A DNA stretch of 64,000 nucleotides from an uncultured Candidatus Entotheonella sp. (GTDB taxonomy: Bacteria > Tectomicrobia > Entotheonellia > Entotheonellales > Entotheonellaceae). How positions within the stretch are numbered: the stretch's first letter is position 1; the number at the start of each line of letters is the position of its first letter. The DNA lies in the NCBI GenBank assembly GCA_965215335.1, contig CBDCDA010000001.1, positions 896,001-960,000 of the forward strand, written 5' to 3'. This document shows, piece by piece, positions 28,971 to 39,009 of this stretch. The notes under the pieces were generated by a model. The model did no database searches, was not told the origin of the DNA, and was given only the letters and a program-made list of their open reading frames with translations. The position numbers and the translations under genes were made by a program.

Positions 28971-29765
28971 ATGCGATTCGCCGGCCAAACAGCCCTGGTC
29001 ACCGGGAGCTCCCGCGGCATCGGGCGCGCCATCGCGCTGCGGCTGGCGGCAGAAGGCGCGGACATCGTCGTCCATTACCGCCGCAACGCCGCGGCCGCCG
29101 AGGACAGCGCCGCGACGGTCGCGGCGCTGGGACGCCGGGTGCTGATGGCGCAAGCCGAGCTCGGCGAGCCGGACGCGCTGCGGGCCATGTTCAAGCGGGT
29201 ACGGGAGACGTTCGGCAGCCTCGACATCCTGGTCGCCAACGCCGCCGCCACCGCCTTCAAGCCCCTGATGGAGACCCGACCGCACCACCTGGAGAAAACG
29301 TTTGCCATCACGGTCAACGCCCTCATCGCCGCCGTGCAACTGGCCGCCGGTCTGATGCACGGGCGCGCCGGCAAGGTCGTCACCGTCTCCGGCATCGACG
29401 TGCGGCGATACGTCCCGCTGCACGGCGCCCTGGCGGCGGCCAAGGGCGCCGCGGAAGTCCTGACATCCTACCTGGCGTGCGAATTGGCGCCGCGCGGCAT
29501 TCGCGTCAACGGCGTCAATCCGGGTTTCGTCGATACCGATTCGGCCCGCGTCTTCGGCGCCCGCGTCTACCGCCGGCTTGCGGACAACATCGTCCCGTAC
29601 ACCCCCATGAAACGCGTCGGCACGCCGCAGGACATCGCCAGCGTGGTGGCCTTCCTGTGCTCCGACGATGCGGCCTGGATTTGCGGCCAGACCCTGGTGG
29701 TGGACGGCGGCCTGAGTCTCACGTCGCCGTTCGACATCAGCCATCTTCCGCCGCCGCAGGCTTGA
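28971..29765 (+). CDS. SDR oxidoreductase (enoyl-ACP reductase FabL-like)
   Basis: TGSSRGIG, LVANAA, extended Y...K spacing (YVPLHGALAAAK), VDGG. Confidence 0.85.
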   Translation: MRFAGQTALVTGSSRGIGRAIALRLAAEGADIVVHYRRNAAAAEDSAATVAALGRRVLMAQAELGEPDALRAMFKRVRETFGSLDILVANAAATAFKPLMETRPHHLEKTFAITVNALIAAVQLAAGLMHGRAGKVVTVSGIDVRRYVPLHGALAAAKGAAEVLTSYLACELAPRGIRVNGVNPGFVDTDSARVFGARVYRRLADNIVPYTPMKRVGTPQDIASVVAFLCSDDAAWICGQTLVVDGGLSLTSPFDISHLPPPQA

Positions 29766-29797
29766 CGCCGAGACCTGTACACAAAGGAGTCCGCTCC

Positions 29798-30772
29798 ATG
29801 GCGGTAGACTCGGGCGACTTCCTGCCATTTCCCCTGCTGCGCGGGCCGCATTTGCAGACCATCGCCGCCGCCAAGCTGTCTCTGCGGCGCCGCGAGCCGC
29901 CCGGCGAGATCAAGGTGGTCACCCTGCCGGACGGCGACCGCATTGCCTTGGTCGTCTCCACGCCGCCGGCATGGCGGCCCGACGGCCGCACCGTTCTGCT
30001 GTTGCACGGCCTGTGCGGCTGTCACCAGTCCTCGTACATGATGCGCCTGGCTCTCAAGCTGTGGCAGCGCGGCATCCGCGCCATCCGCATGAACATGCGA
30101 GGCTGCGGCGCCGGGGTGGGCCTTGCCCGGCAGCCTTACCACAGCGGCCGCAGCCCCGACGTGCTGGCCGTGCTGGAAGACTTGCGGGCGCAATGGCCGC
30201 ATTCGCCCGTCACCCTGCTGGGATTCTCCCTGGGCGGCAACGTCATGCTGAAGTTCGCCGGTGAACTGGGACGGCAGGCACAAGTGCTCTGCACGCAAGT
30301 CATTGCCGTGTGCCCGCCCGCCGGTCTCGCCGCCTGCTCACGGTTGCTCGGACAGCCGTCCAACCGGTTGTACGAGCGTTACTTCATGCGCCGTCTGCTC
30401 GCCGCCGTGGCCGAACGCCACCGCCTGTTCCCGGACCTGGCGCCCGTCACCCTGCCTGAACGCCTGTCGCTCTACCGCTTCGATACCCTCTATACCGCGC
30501 CGCAATGCGGCTTCGCCGACGCCGACGACTACTACGAGCGCAGCAGCGCGGCACCCCTGGTGTCGAAGGTCACCTTGCCGTGCCGCATCCTGTTCGCCAA
30601 CGACGACCCGGTCATCGACGCCACGGTATTCGACGGCGTCGCCCTGCCCCCGAACGTCGAGGTCATACGCACGTCGAAAGGCGGACACCTGGGTTTCCTG
30701 GGCCACCCCGGTCGGCCCGGCGGCTACCGCTGGATGGATGCGTGTGTGCTGGACTGGATCGGCGCGGCGTGA
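29798..30772 (+). CDS. YheT-family alpha/beta hydrolase
   Basis: HLQTI, LHGLCG, GFSLGG, NDDP, GGHLGF; AAGGAG SD. Confidence 0.88.
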   Translation: MAVDSGDFLPFPLLRGPHLQTIAAAKLSLRRREPPGEIKVVTLPDGDRIALVVSTPPAWRPDGRTVLLLHGLCGCHQSSYMMRLALKLWQRGIRAIRMNMRGCGAGVGLARQPYHSGRSPDVLAVLEDLRAQWPHSPVTLLGFSLGGNVMLKFAGELGRQAQVLCTQVIAVCPPAGLAACSRLLGQPSNRLYERYFMRRLLAAVAERHRLFPDLAPVTLPERLSLYRFDTLYTAPQCGFADADDYYERSSAAPLVSKVTLPCRILFANDDPVIDATVFDGVALPPNVEVIRTSKGGHLGFLGHPGRPGGYRWMDACVLDWIGAA

Positions 30773-30778
30773 GGACGC

Positions 30779-31360
30779 CTACGCTTCTTCCTGGGTGAGC
30801 CAGCGCCGCGTCGGCGGCAGTTGGTGCCGCTGCAGCGCGTCAAGGAGGGACACAGGCTGTTCGGCCGTTACGAACAGACCCCGGTATTTGGATTTGGTGA
30901 AGCCCTCGGCAATCGTGTGGTCGACGAACGCTATCAACCCATCGAAATAACCCGCCGCGTTCAGCAGGCCGATCGGCTTGCGGTGAATGCCAAGCTGCGC
31001 CCAGGCGATGACTTCGAACAACTCCTCCAGGGTGCCGAAGCCGCCCGGCAGGGCGATAAAGGCGTCCGACAGCGACGCCATGAGCGCCTTGCGCTCGTGC
31101 ATGCTGGACACGACGTGCAGTCTTGTCACCGCCTCGTGGGCCAGTTCCCGCTCCGTCATGGGCCTGGGGATGACGCCGGTTACCGTGCCGCCGGCCTGCA
31201 GGACGGCATCGGCGAGGCTCCCCATCAGCCCGACATGCCCACCGCCGTACACCAAGCCATGGCCGTGCCGCGCCAGCAGGCCGCCCAGTTCGACGGCGGC
31301 TTGTCGGTAGCAGGCGTCGGCGCCGCTTTGCGAACCGCAAAACACGCAGATGTTCCGCAT
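30779..31360 (-). CDS. LOG family nucleotide phosphoribohydrolase
   Basis: ICVFCGS, LVYGGG, MHERK, PGGFGTLEE. Confidence 0.93.
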   Translation of the reverse strand: MRNICVFCGSQSGADACYRQAAVELGGLLARHGHGLVYGGGHVGLMGSLADAVLQAGGTVTGVIPRPMTERELAHEAVTRLHVVSSMHERKALMASLSDAFIALPGGFGTLEELFEVIAWAQLGIHRKPIGLLNAAGYFDGLIAFVDHTIAEGFTKSKYRGLFVTAEQPVSLLDALQRHQLPPTRRWLTQEEA

Positions 31361-31373
31361 GCGTCCATGCCTC

Positions 31374-32111
31374 TCAGGACACCTCCAGCAGCGTCAGCAA
31401 ATCCTGCCAGGACGTAATGGCAGGCACCGACGGATCGGCAGGGGGCATCGTCAAAGCGGCCGCGCCCTGTTGTCGTTGGGCATAGATCGTCCGCACCGGC
31501 TGCATGCCCGCCAGCCGGGCGCCCTGCACGTCGGCCCGCGGGTCATCACCCACAAAGACAATCGACGGCGGCGGCACACCCAGAGCTTCGATCAGGCTCT
31601 GAAATACCTTTGGGTGCGGCTTGCGGTAGCCCAGATCACCGGAAACCAGCAGAACCTCGAAATACGACGACAGGTGCAGGTGATCGAGAATCTGCCGCGC
31701 GGCCGGGCCGTGGGTCAGATTGGACAGCAGGGCGAGACGATAATGCGATTTGAGAGCGGCCAGCATGTCGGCGGTACCGGGGAGCGCCCGGGCGTTGTCG
31801 ATAAAGGCCGAGAAATACGCCTCCACGGCCCGGGCCACACGCGACTCGTGCGGTTGCATGTCGATGCCCAGGCGTTGCAACGCAGTGCTGATCCACAGCC
31901 CATTATGAGTCTCCCTGCCCAGACGCTCCGCCTCGCTGACGAAGCCCTGCACCACGTCGCGGTATACCGGCATGAAGTCATCGGCATGCACGGCAACGCC
32001 CTGCGCCTGCAGGCTGTCGAGCAACCGGTCGATCGACGAATAACGGCTCGGCATGTCCACGGTGATCAGGGTATTGAAGAGGTCGAAGGCCACCGCCTGG
32101 ATGTTGCGCAT
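31374..32111 (-). CDS. HAD family hydrolase
   Basis: FDLFNTL, LSN, KPHP, VGDD...DVQGA. Confidence 0.88.
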   Translation of the reverse strand: MRNIQAVAFDLFNTLITVDMPSRYSSIDRLLDSLQAQGVAVHADDFMPVYRDVVQGFVSEAERLGRETHNGLWISTALQRLGIDMQPHESRVARAVEAYFSAFIDNARALPGTADMLAALKSHYRLALLSNLTHGPAARQILDHLHLSSYFEVLLVSGDLGYRKPHPKVFQSLIEALGVPPPSIVFVGDDPRADVQGARLAGMQPVRTIYAQRQQGAAALTMPPADPSVPAITSWQDLLTLLEVS

Positions 32112-32315
32112 GTGCTCCCCGAATGACGCCCGTTCAGATGCCGGCACCCGCTTTCCGGCGGGTGCATCTTGCCATGCAAGAGGACGCCCGACAATCGGCC
32201 GGCGCCGCGCTTGCAGTGCCGAGGGCCATCACGTAAAGTATGCCGCTCGTACATTGAGCATGATCTGCCGACACGAACCCACACCACCCCAACGCTCAGG
32301 GCGGGAGATGACGAT

Positions 32316-33521
32316 ATGATCCGCACACGATTCAAGACGCGACGGCAGACCATTGCAGTGCTTATGTCCGTGGGGCTGTTTATCGCACCATTGCCTTCGG
32401 CGAACGAGACGACGTCCCTGAACGAAGACACACCAGCGCAGGATGAACAAGCCGCACTGGCGCGTATTGCCGACCCGCCGCTAGGTCTGCCCGACGTCCC
32501 CGTGCCTGACGACAACCCGCCCACCGCCGCCAAAGTCAACCTGGGCCGCAAGCTGTTCTTCGACGAACGTCTGTCCCATGGCGGCAAGTTGTCATGCGGC
32601 TCGTGCCATCTGCCCCATGAGGGCTTCACGGTCAGCAAGGGCGCGACGCCCGTAGGCCATGAAGGCGCGATTCTGCGGCGCAATGCCCCCACCCTGCTGA
32701 ACGTCGCGTACCAGCGTTCGCTCTTCCTCGACGGGCGCCAGAGCAGCCTCGAAGAACAAGCCCTCGAGCCCTTCACCGTGGCGGACGAATTGGCCAATCC
32801 GTCGCTGGATGTGGTCATCGCTCGCATCCGCGAACTGCCCGATTACGCCGGCCGATTCGAGGAAGCGTTCGGCGAAGGTCCCAGCCCGAAGACCCTGGCA
32901 CAGGCCATTTCCACCTACGAGCGTACCCTGCTGGCCGCTGATTCCGCCTTTGACCGCTGGCGCTACGGCGGGCAGGAAGGCGCCTTGAACGCCATCGCCA
33001 AACAGGGTTTCGACCTGTTCACCGGCAAGGCCGGCTGCGTCGCCTGCCACGCCCTCGACGAGCGCGACGCGCTGTTTACCGACCACCTGTTCCACGATGA
33101 CGGCATCGGCTGGATTCCCTCCCGCGACATCGGCGCCGGACGCCTGACAGTGGACCGCGGCGTACCCGTCTATACCGAGAATGACGACCCCGGCGGCGCC
33201 CCGACGACGGCTTCCGATATGGGCCGCATGGAGGTCACCAAGGAATTCATCGACATGTTCCGCTACCGCACCCCTTCCCTGCGCAATATCGAGCTCACGG
33301 CGCCCTACATGCACAACGGCTCCATCGAGACGCTCGAAGACATCGTCGCCTACTACGGCGACGGCGGCTTCCGTCACTTCGGCATCGACCCGCTGGTGCG
33401 CGACCTGCGGCTGAGCGACACGGAAAAGGCGGCGCTGGTGGCCTTCCTGAAAAGCCTGACGGCGGGAAACATCGAGGCGCTGATCGCGGAGGCGCAGAGC
33501 GAGCTGACGATGGAACCCTAG
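32316..33521 (+). CDS. Di-heme cytochrome c peroxidase/MauG family protein
   Basis: Two CxxCH motifs (CGSCH, CVACH), LGRKLFFD, RNAPTL, TPSLRN, PYMHNG; signal peptide. Confidence 0.9.
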   Translation: MIRTRFKTRRQTIAVLMSVGLFIAPLPSANETTSLNEDTPAQDEQAALARIADPPLGLPDVPVPDDNPPTAAKVNLGRKLFFDERLSHGGKLSCGSCHLPHEGFTVSKGATPVGHEGAILRRNAPTLLNVAYQRSLFLDGRQSSLEEQALEPFTVADELANPSLDVVIARIRELPDYAGRFEEAFGEGPSPKTLAQAISTYERTLLAADSAFDRWRYGGQEGALNAIAKQGFDLFTGKAGCVACHALDERDALFTDHLFHDDGIGWIPSRDIGAGRLTVDRGVPVYTENDDPGGAPTTASDMGRMEVTKEFIDMFRYRTPSLRNIELTAPYMHNGSIETLEDIVAYYGDGGFRHFGIDPLVRDLRLSDTEKAALVAFLKSLTAGNIEALIAEAQSELTMEP

Positions 33522-33523
33522 TG

Positions 33524-33614
33524 CCCGAATTCCCCTGGGCGCGAGGCCCTGCGGCACGAAGTTGATGCTTGGCAGAACCGTCGCAACCAGAGCACGGTGG
33601 AGGTGAATCGGCGT
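33524..33614 (+). mobile_element. Short IS630-like transposase remnant
   Basis: Intergenic DNA translates to EALRHEVDAWQNRRNQSTVEVNRR, resembling the IS630 transposase C-terminus (from recall). Confidence 0.45.
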
Positions 33615-34073
33615 TTAGGCACCGAAGCGAACTGCGGCTACCGGGTCGCTGTACTCGACGCCTTTGGTGGACCAGAAGATGGTGGCGATCTCGTCCACGG
33701 CGGCGACCAGCGCTTCGGCTTTCTCCATGCTGACGGTCTGCTTGCACTGGCCCGCGAGCTTGAGGGCAGCGTTGAATTTGCCGGCGATTTCGTTGGCGTC
33801 GGTGCCGGGCCAGGCGTAGTCTGCCCAGAGGATGCGAAGCTCGTGCTTGCAGAGTTCCGCGTGCTCTTCTTTCACCGTAACGTAGCGCCCGAGTGTGTTG
33901 GCGTACGCGACATCGCCGGTGTCTTCCAGCGACTGGATGCGGAGAACCATCTTCTGCACGGTCTGTGCCGCAATCTTCGCCGAGATGGGATCGTAGATGC
34001 CACAGGGAATGTCACAGTGCGCGCTGGCGGTTCGGATGGAAAACAGACGCTCGACAGTTGACTTTACGCTCAT
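33615..34073 (-). CDS. sodN: Nickel superoxide dismutase precursor
   Basis: Nickel hook HCDIPCGIYDP after an 18-aa leader; KEEHAE. Confidence 0.96.
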   Translation of the reverse strand: MSVKSTVERLFSIRTASAHCDIPCGIYDPISAKIAAQTVQKMVLRIQSLEDTGDVAYANTLGRYVTVKEEHAELCKHELRILWADYAWPGTDANEIAGKFNAALKLAGQCKQTVSMEKAEALVAAVDEIATIFWSTKGVEYSDPVAAVRFGA

Positions 34074-34200
34074 TATGAACCTTCCTCATCGGGGGGAGGG
34101 AGCTGAAACCTGACAGGAGGATACAATGGACGCCCTTTGTGTGCAAGTGATTGCCGCTTCCGGCAGCTCTCTGCGCCAGGTCGATAAGGGGTGGTCTGGC

Positions 34201-34644
34201 ATGTCTGCCGTATTACCGCTGTACAGGGTGCGAGGTCAGAGCATGGAACCAACGCTCCGTCAGGGGGACTATGTGCTGGTACGCGCATGCAAGGAGCCCG
34301 CACGAGCGCCACGGCGGGGCGACATCGTTGTTGTCGCGATGGCCGAGGGAAGGCATGTGAAGCGCATCGTAGGGTTGCCAGGTGAGCGCGTGGTCTTCAC
34401 ACGGGGCATGCTGCTTGTTGACGGCGACAGGCTTATAGAGCCTTACCTGCGCGGACTGCCGCCGTATCTCGGCCTGGAAGAATCCGAGTTTTCGCTCGCG
34501 CGGGACGAGTATTTCGTCATGGGCGACAATCGGGCGCGCAGCACGGATAGCCGGCACTGTGGGCCGGTGACTCGCTCGAGCATGGAAGGCAGGACAATAT
34601 GGCGTGTCTGGCCGCCGACTTGCAAGCTTCTCAATGGCTTCTGA
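34201..34644 (+). CDS. sodX: S26 peptidase, probable NiSOD maturation protease
   Basis: GQSMEPTL, VKRI, GDNRARSTDSR; no TM anchor; divergent from sodN. Confidence 0.8.
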   Translation: MSAVLPLYRVRGQSMEPTLRQGDYVLVRACKEPARAPRRGDIVVVAMAEGRHVKRIVGLPGERVVFTRGMLLVDGDRLIEPYLRGLPPYLGLEESEFSLARDEYFVMGDNRARSTDSRHCGPVTRSSMEGRTIWRVWPPTCKLLNGF

Positions 34645-34700
34645 CTCGTTTGCTTGCGACACCCGCAAGCCGACGAATCTGAATGAACAGGAGGTCCCGA

Positions 34701-36473
34701 GTGGCGATTCATCACCAGAGCGAGCACACCGAGGTTGACCACGGCGCCGGCCGGCCGGTAATTCGCGGCCGCAACGGCATCGTCTCCACCGGTCACTATC
34801 TGACCTCCATGGCGGCGATGCGTCAGTTGCTGAGTGGCGGTAACGCTTTCGACGCTGCCGTCGCCGCCTGCATGGCGGCGGCGGTGGTGGAGCCGACCGC
34901 CTCCTACTCCCTGGCTGCCGAGGGGGTCGGCATGTTTTTCCACGCTGCCAGCGGGCAACTGTCGGCGGTGAGCGGTCAGGGCGTGGCGCCCCGCCTCGCT
35001 ACCATCGAGGCGTTTCGCAGCCGCGGACTGGACAAGATTCCCACCGGTCCGGGGCCACAGGCGCATCTATCCTTCACCGTACCCGGCGTGGTGGACGCAT
35101 GCTTCGGCCTGCTCGAAACCCGTGGCAGCAAAACCCTTGGCGAAGTCCTGGCCCCGGCCATCGACTATGCCGAACAGGGCTTCCCGATGTACGAAACCAT
35201 GCGCCGCATGCTGGACAGCGCGGACACCAAGGCGCAGTTCGACCTCTACCCGCCGGGCGGCACGGGGGTGTTTTATCCCGGCGGCTCGATTCCGGCTGTC
35301 GGCGACCGCTTCGTGCAACCCCAGCTTGCCGAGACGCTGCGCCTGCTGGTGCAGGCCGAGGCGAACACCATCGGCTCGCGCCGCGACGGCCTGCAGGCGG
35401 CCCGTGCGGTGTTTTACGAGGGCGAAATCGCCCATCGAATCGCCACGTTTTCCGAACGCTACGGCGGTCTGCTGCGACACGACGACCTGGCCGCCTACCA
35501 GTCGCGCATCGAGAGCCCCATCGAAACCCCCTTCGCCGGCTATTCCATTCATACCCAATCGACCTGGTCGCAGGCCGCCGTTTTGTTGCAAACCCTCAAC
35601 ATGCTGGAGTACCTCGAACTACGTGCCCTGGGACACAATTCACCCGCCTACGTGCATACCGTCACGGAGGCCCTGAAGCTCGCCTTCGCCGACCGCGAGC
35701 GCTATTACGGCGACCCCGAATTCGCCGACGTGCCGATCGACGGGCTGCTGAACAAGGCTTATGCCGCGCAGCGTGTGCAGGGCATCGGCGAGCGGGCTTG
35801 TCCGGAATTGCCGCCGTTCGGCACGCCAGCCGGGTCATCGGCCGCGTTGCCGAGCCCGCAACCGGCAACGGCCGGCTTCCCCGAGACGCCGGAGGAGGGC
35901 ACGACGCATCTGGCCGTGATCGACGGCGACGGCAACATGGTCTGCCTGACGCCGAGCGGCGGCGTGTTTCGCAAGTCGGCCTTTGCGCCGGAATTGGGCT
36001 GCACGCTCAGCACCCGCAGCGAGATGTTTTTCCTCGACGCCGAGCACCCCAACGGCCTGCAACCCGGCAAGCGTCCGCGCACTACCCTGGTGAATTACAT
36101 CGTCTCCAAGGACGGCCAACCTGTCATGACCTTCGGGTGCCCCGGCGGTGACGATCAGGCGCAGGCCAATCTGCAGTTGATGCTCAACGTGCTCGTCTTC
36201 GGCATGGATCCCCAGCAGGCCGTGGAGGCGCCGCGCTTTTCCACCCAGAGCATGCCCAACTCGTTCTACCCGCGTGTCTACCACCCCGGCGTCCTCAACC
36301 TCGAAACAGGCTTTGCCGATGCCACCGCCGCGGCCCTGGCCGCCAGGGGCCACAGAATCAACCGCGTCGGCGCCTGCGGCATCGGCGCCGTCATCACCCA
36401 ACGCCATCCCGACACCGGCATTCTGGCCGCCGGCGCCGACCCCCGCCGCCCGACCTACGCCCTTGCCTGGTGA
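34701..36473 (+). CDS. ggt: Gamma-glutamyltransferase family protein
   Basis: GGNAFDAAVA, ALKLAFADR, TTH autoprocessing site, PGKRP, GCPGG, GADPRR. Confidence 0.9.
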   Translation: MAIHHQSEHTEVDHGAGRPVIRGRNGIVSTGHYLTSMAAMRQLLSGGNAFDAAVAACMAAAVVEPTASYSLAAEGVGMFFHAASGQLSAVSGQGVAPRLATIEAFRSRGLDKIPTGPGPQAHLSFTVPGVVDACFGLLETRGSKTLGEVLAPAIDYAEQGFPMYETMRRMLDSADTKAQFDLYPPGGTGVFYPGGSIPAVGDRFVQPQLAETLRLLVQAEANTIGSRRDGLQAARAVFYEGEIAHRIATFSERYGGLLRHDDLAAYQSRIESPIETPFAGYSIHTQSTWSQAAVLLQTLNMLEYLELRALGHNSPAYVHTVTEALKLAFADRERYYGDPEFADVPIDGLLNKAYAAQRVQGIGERACPELPPFGTPAGSSAALPSPQPATAGFPETPEEGTTHLAVIDGDGNMVCLTPSGGVFRKSAFAPELGCTLSTRSEMFFLDAEHPNGLQPGKRPRTTLVNYIVSKDGQPVMTFGCPGGDDQAQANLQLMLNVLVFGMDPQQAVEAPRFSTQSMPNSFYPRVYHPGVLNLETGFADATAAALAARGHRINRVGACGIGAVITQRHPDTGILAAGADPRRPTYALAW

Positions 36474-36564
36474 ACCGCGCGGGTTGACGGGTTTCGGCAC
36501 AACAGCGGATTTGATGCGAAGCTGACCTGAAGGCATTCGCCAAAACTCACAAAGGGATTTCAGA

Positions 36565-37290
36565 ATGAACGAACCATTACGCTCCGATCTCGCGCCAACC
36601 GGCGTGCTGCGGGCGGGCATCAACATGGCCAATTTTCTGCTGGTCACCGGACGTCGAGACGACGGCGCCCCACAGGGCGTGGCGCCGGACATGGCGAGCG
36701 CCGTGGCGGAGCGCCTGGGCGTGGAAATCGCTTACGTGCCTTACGAAACACCCGGACAACTGGCTGACGATGCAACGAAGGGTGTCTGGGACATCGGCCT
36801 GATCGGCGCTGAACCGGCGCGCGCCGAACACATCGCGTTTTCGGCGGCGTACGTGGAGATCGAGGCCACCTACCTGGTGCCGGGAGATTCCCCGATACAG
36901 GCCATGGCCGACGTCGACCGGCCCGGCGTACGCATCGCGGTAGCGGCCCGCAGCGCCTACGATCTCTACCTGACACGCAACATCCAGCACGCCGAGCTGG
37001 TTCGAGTGGCCGGGCTGAACGCTTCCTACGACCTGTTCGTCAATGACAGGCTGGACGCCCTGGCCGGGCTGCGGCCGCGGCTCATGACGGACGTCGAGAA
37101 GCTGCCCGGCGCCCGGCTGCTGGACGGCCAGTTCACCGCCGTGCAGCAGGCCGTCGGCACGCCACGCGGCCGCGCGGCCGGCGCGGCGTTCCTGCGGGAT
37201 TTCGTCGAGGCGGCCAAGGCGGACGGACTGGTGGGCCGATTGATCGAGCGCCACCGGGTGCGCGGTTTGTCGGTGGCGCCGCCGGCGTGA
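36565..37290 (+). CDS. Family 3 solute-binding protein
   Basis: LAPTGVLRAGIN, DRPGVRIAV, SAYDLYL. Confidence 0.8.
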   Translation: MNEPLRSDLAPTGVLRAGINMANFLLVTGRRDDGAPQGVAPDMASAVAERLGVEIAYVPYETPGQLADDATKGVWDIGLIGAEPARAEHIAFSAAYVEIEATYLVPGDSPIQAMADVDRPGVRIAVAARSAYDLYLTRNIQHAELVRVAGLNASYDLFVNDRLDALAGLRPRLMTDVEKLPGARLLDGQFTAVQQAVGTPRGRAAGAAFLRDFVEAAKADGLVGRLIERHRVRGLSVAPPA

Positions 37291-37298
37291 GGGTCGAG

Positions 37299-38087
37299 TC
37301 AGATGCAGCGAACGCCGCCGCCATCGACCGGCGTGATGGTGCCGGTCATATAGGAAGCCAGCGGCGAAGCGAGGAAAACGGCGAGGCTGGCGACTTCACG
37401 GGGCTCGCCGGGGCGTTGCAGCGGATAGCCCTGCAGCCAGGCGGCTTGGGTTTTCTGCGGGGTCTCGCCGCGCTCGGCGGCCATGGTCGCCATCAGGGTG
37501 TCCCAGCGCTCGGTGCGAATGGGGCCGGGATTGATGGCGTTCACCAGAATACCGTGCGCTCCGCCCTCGTCGGCCAGCGCCTTGGTCATGTTCATCAATG
37601 CCGCGTTGGCGCCGCCCCCGGCAATGTAGCCGGCGCTCGGTTGCCGGCCAGCGGTGCCGATGATGTTGACGATGCGCCCGCCGCCCTTGGCCTGCATCAG
37701 GGGAAACATTTCGCGCGCCAGCCGGATGTAGCCGAACACCTTCAAAGACCAGTCGGTGTGCCAGTCTTCGTCCGGCTTGGCGAGCAGCGAACCGGCGCGG
37801 ATGGCGCCGGCGTTGTTGACCAGAATATCGACCGTGCTGAAATGGCTGACCGTCTGCTGCACCAGGCTGCGCACGCCGAGCAGTGAACTGAGGTCGGCGC
37901 TCACCGGCAGCACCCGCACGTCGTGACGCTGTTGCAAGTCCTCGGCCACGGCCTCCAAGCGATCCGCACCCCGCGCACAGAGGGCCAAGTTGACCCCCTC
38001 GGCCGCCAAGCCCTCGGCAATCGCCTTGCCGATCCCCTTGCTGGCACCGGTCACCACAGCCACCTGCCCGCGCATGTTCAGTTCCAT
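37299..38087 (-). CDS. SDR oxidoreductase
   Basis: TGASKGIG, LVNNAG, INPG, VDGG. Confidence 0.9.
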   Translation of the reverse strand: MELNMRGQVAVVTGASKGIGKAIAEGLAAEGVNLALCARGADRLEAVAEDLQQRHDVRVLPVSADLSSLLGVRSLVQQTVSHFSTVDILVNNAGAIRAGSLLAKPDEDWHTDWSLKVFGYIRLAREMFPLMQAKGGGRIVNIIGTAGRQPSAGYIAGGGANAALMNMTKALADEGGAHGILVNAINPGPIRTERWDTLMATMAAERGETPQKTQAAWLQGYPLQRPGEPREVASLAVFLASPLASYMTGTITPVDGGGVRCI

Positions 38088-38283
38088 GATTCCTTCCTTC
38101 GTTCGATGATTGGCGCCGCTGCCACAGTGAAAACCGCTCGGTCCCGATTAACGGTCCGACGATCAGCGGATGGAGCCGGAATGATAGCATAGAAAGCGCG
38201 CCTGCCCGACCTCCTCCACCTGTGTGGTAAGCTCTGCGCAGCCGCTCGTTGCCTGAAACCTTCCGCCCCGCCATCCTCTGTCG

Positions 38284-39000
38284 ATGCGTGACGCCATGAG
38301 CGAATTCCGCGACGCCTTTCAGACCGCCATCACCCTGCTCGTGTACCTCGACGCCGACTTGATGGCCATTGTCGGATTATCGCTGTCGGTAAGCCTGTCG
38401 GCGGTGTTTCTGGCGGCCCTGGCGGGGCTGCCGTTCGGGGCGGCGGTGGCGGTATGGCGGTTTCCCGGCCGACAAGCGGTGCGGGTGCTCCTCAACGCCC
38501 TGCTCGGTATCCCGCCGGTGGTCATCGGGTTGATCGTTTATCTCTCGCTTTCACGGGCCGGTCCCCTTGGCGCGCTCGCACTGCTGTTCACCCCGACGGC
38601 CATGATCATCGCCCAGTGGCTGCTGGTGACGCCAATCATCGCCGCCCTGGCGCAGCAGACCGTCAGCGACCTGCACGACGAATACGCCGAGCAACTCCGG
38701 TCTCTGGGCGTCGGATCGGGAGGCGCCATCCCTACCCTGCTGTGGGAGGGCCGACTGAGCCTGCTGATCGCCGTGATGGCCGGCTTCGGGCGGGCCATCG
38801 CCGAGGTCGGCGCCGTCATCATCGTGGGCGGCAACATCAATCACGTCACGCGCGTCATGACCACCGCCATCGCCCTGGAAACCAGCAAGGGCAATCTGGC
38901 GCTGGCGCTGGCCCTCGGCATGATCCTGCTGCTGTTGGCGCTGGCGGTCAATGCCGCCGCCCTGGTGGCACGGGACGCCGTCAGGCGGCTGTACGGATGA
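38284..39000 (+). CDS. tupB: Tungstate ABC permease
   Basis: PPVVIGL, GFGRAIAEVGA, GGNI, MTTAIALETSKG. Confidence 0.88.
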   Translation: MRDAMSEFRDAFQTAITLLVYLDADLMAIVGLSLSVSLSAVFLAALAGLPFGAAVAVWRFPGRQAVRVLLNALLGIPPVVIGLIVYLSLSRAGPLGALALLFTPTAMIIAQWLLVTPIIAALAQQTVSDLHDEYAEQLRSLGVGSGGAIPTLLWEGRLSLLIAVMAGFGRAIAEVGAVIIVGGNINHVTRVMTTAIALETSKGNLALALALGMILLLLALAVNAAALVARDAVRRLYG

Positions 39001-39009
39001 GGGGCTGAC

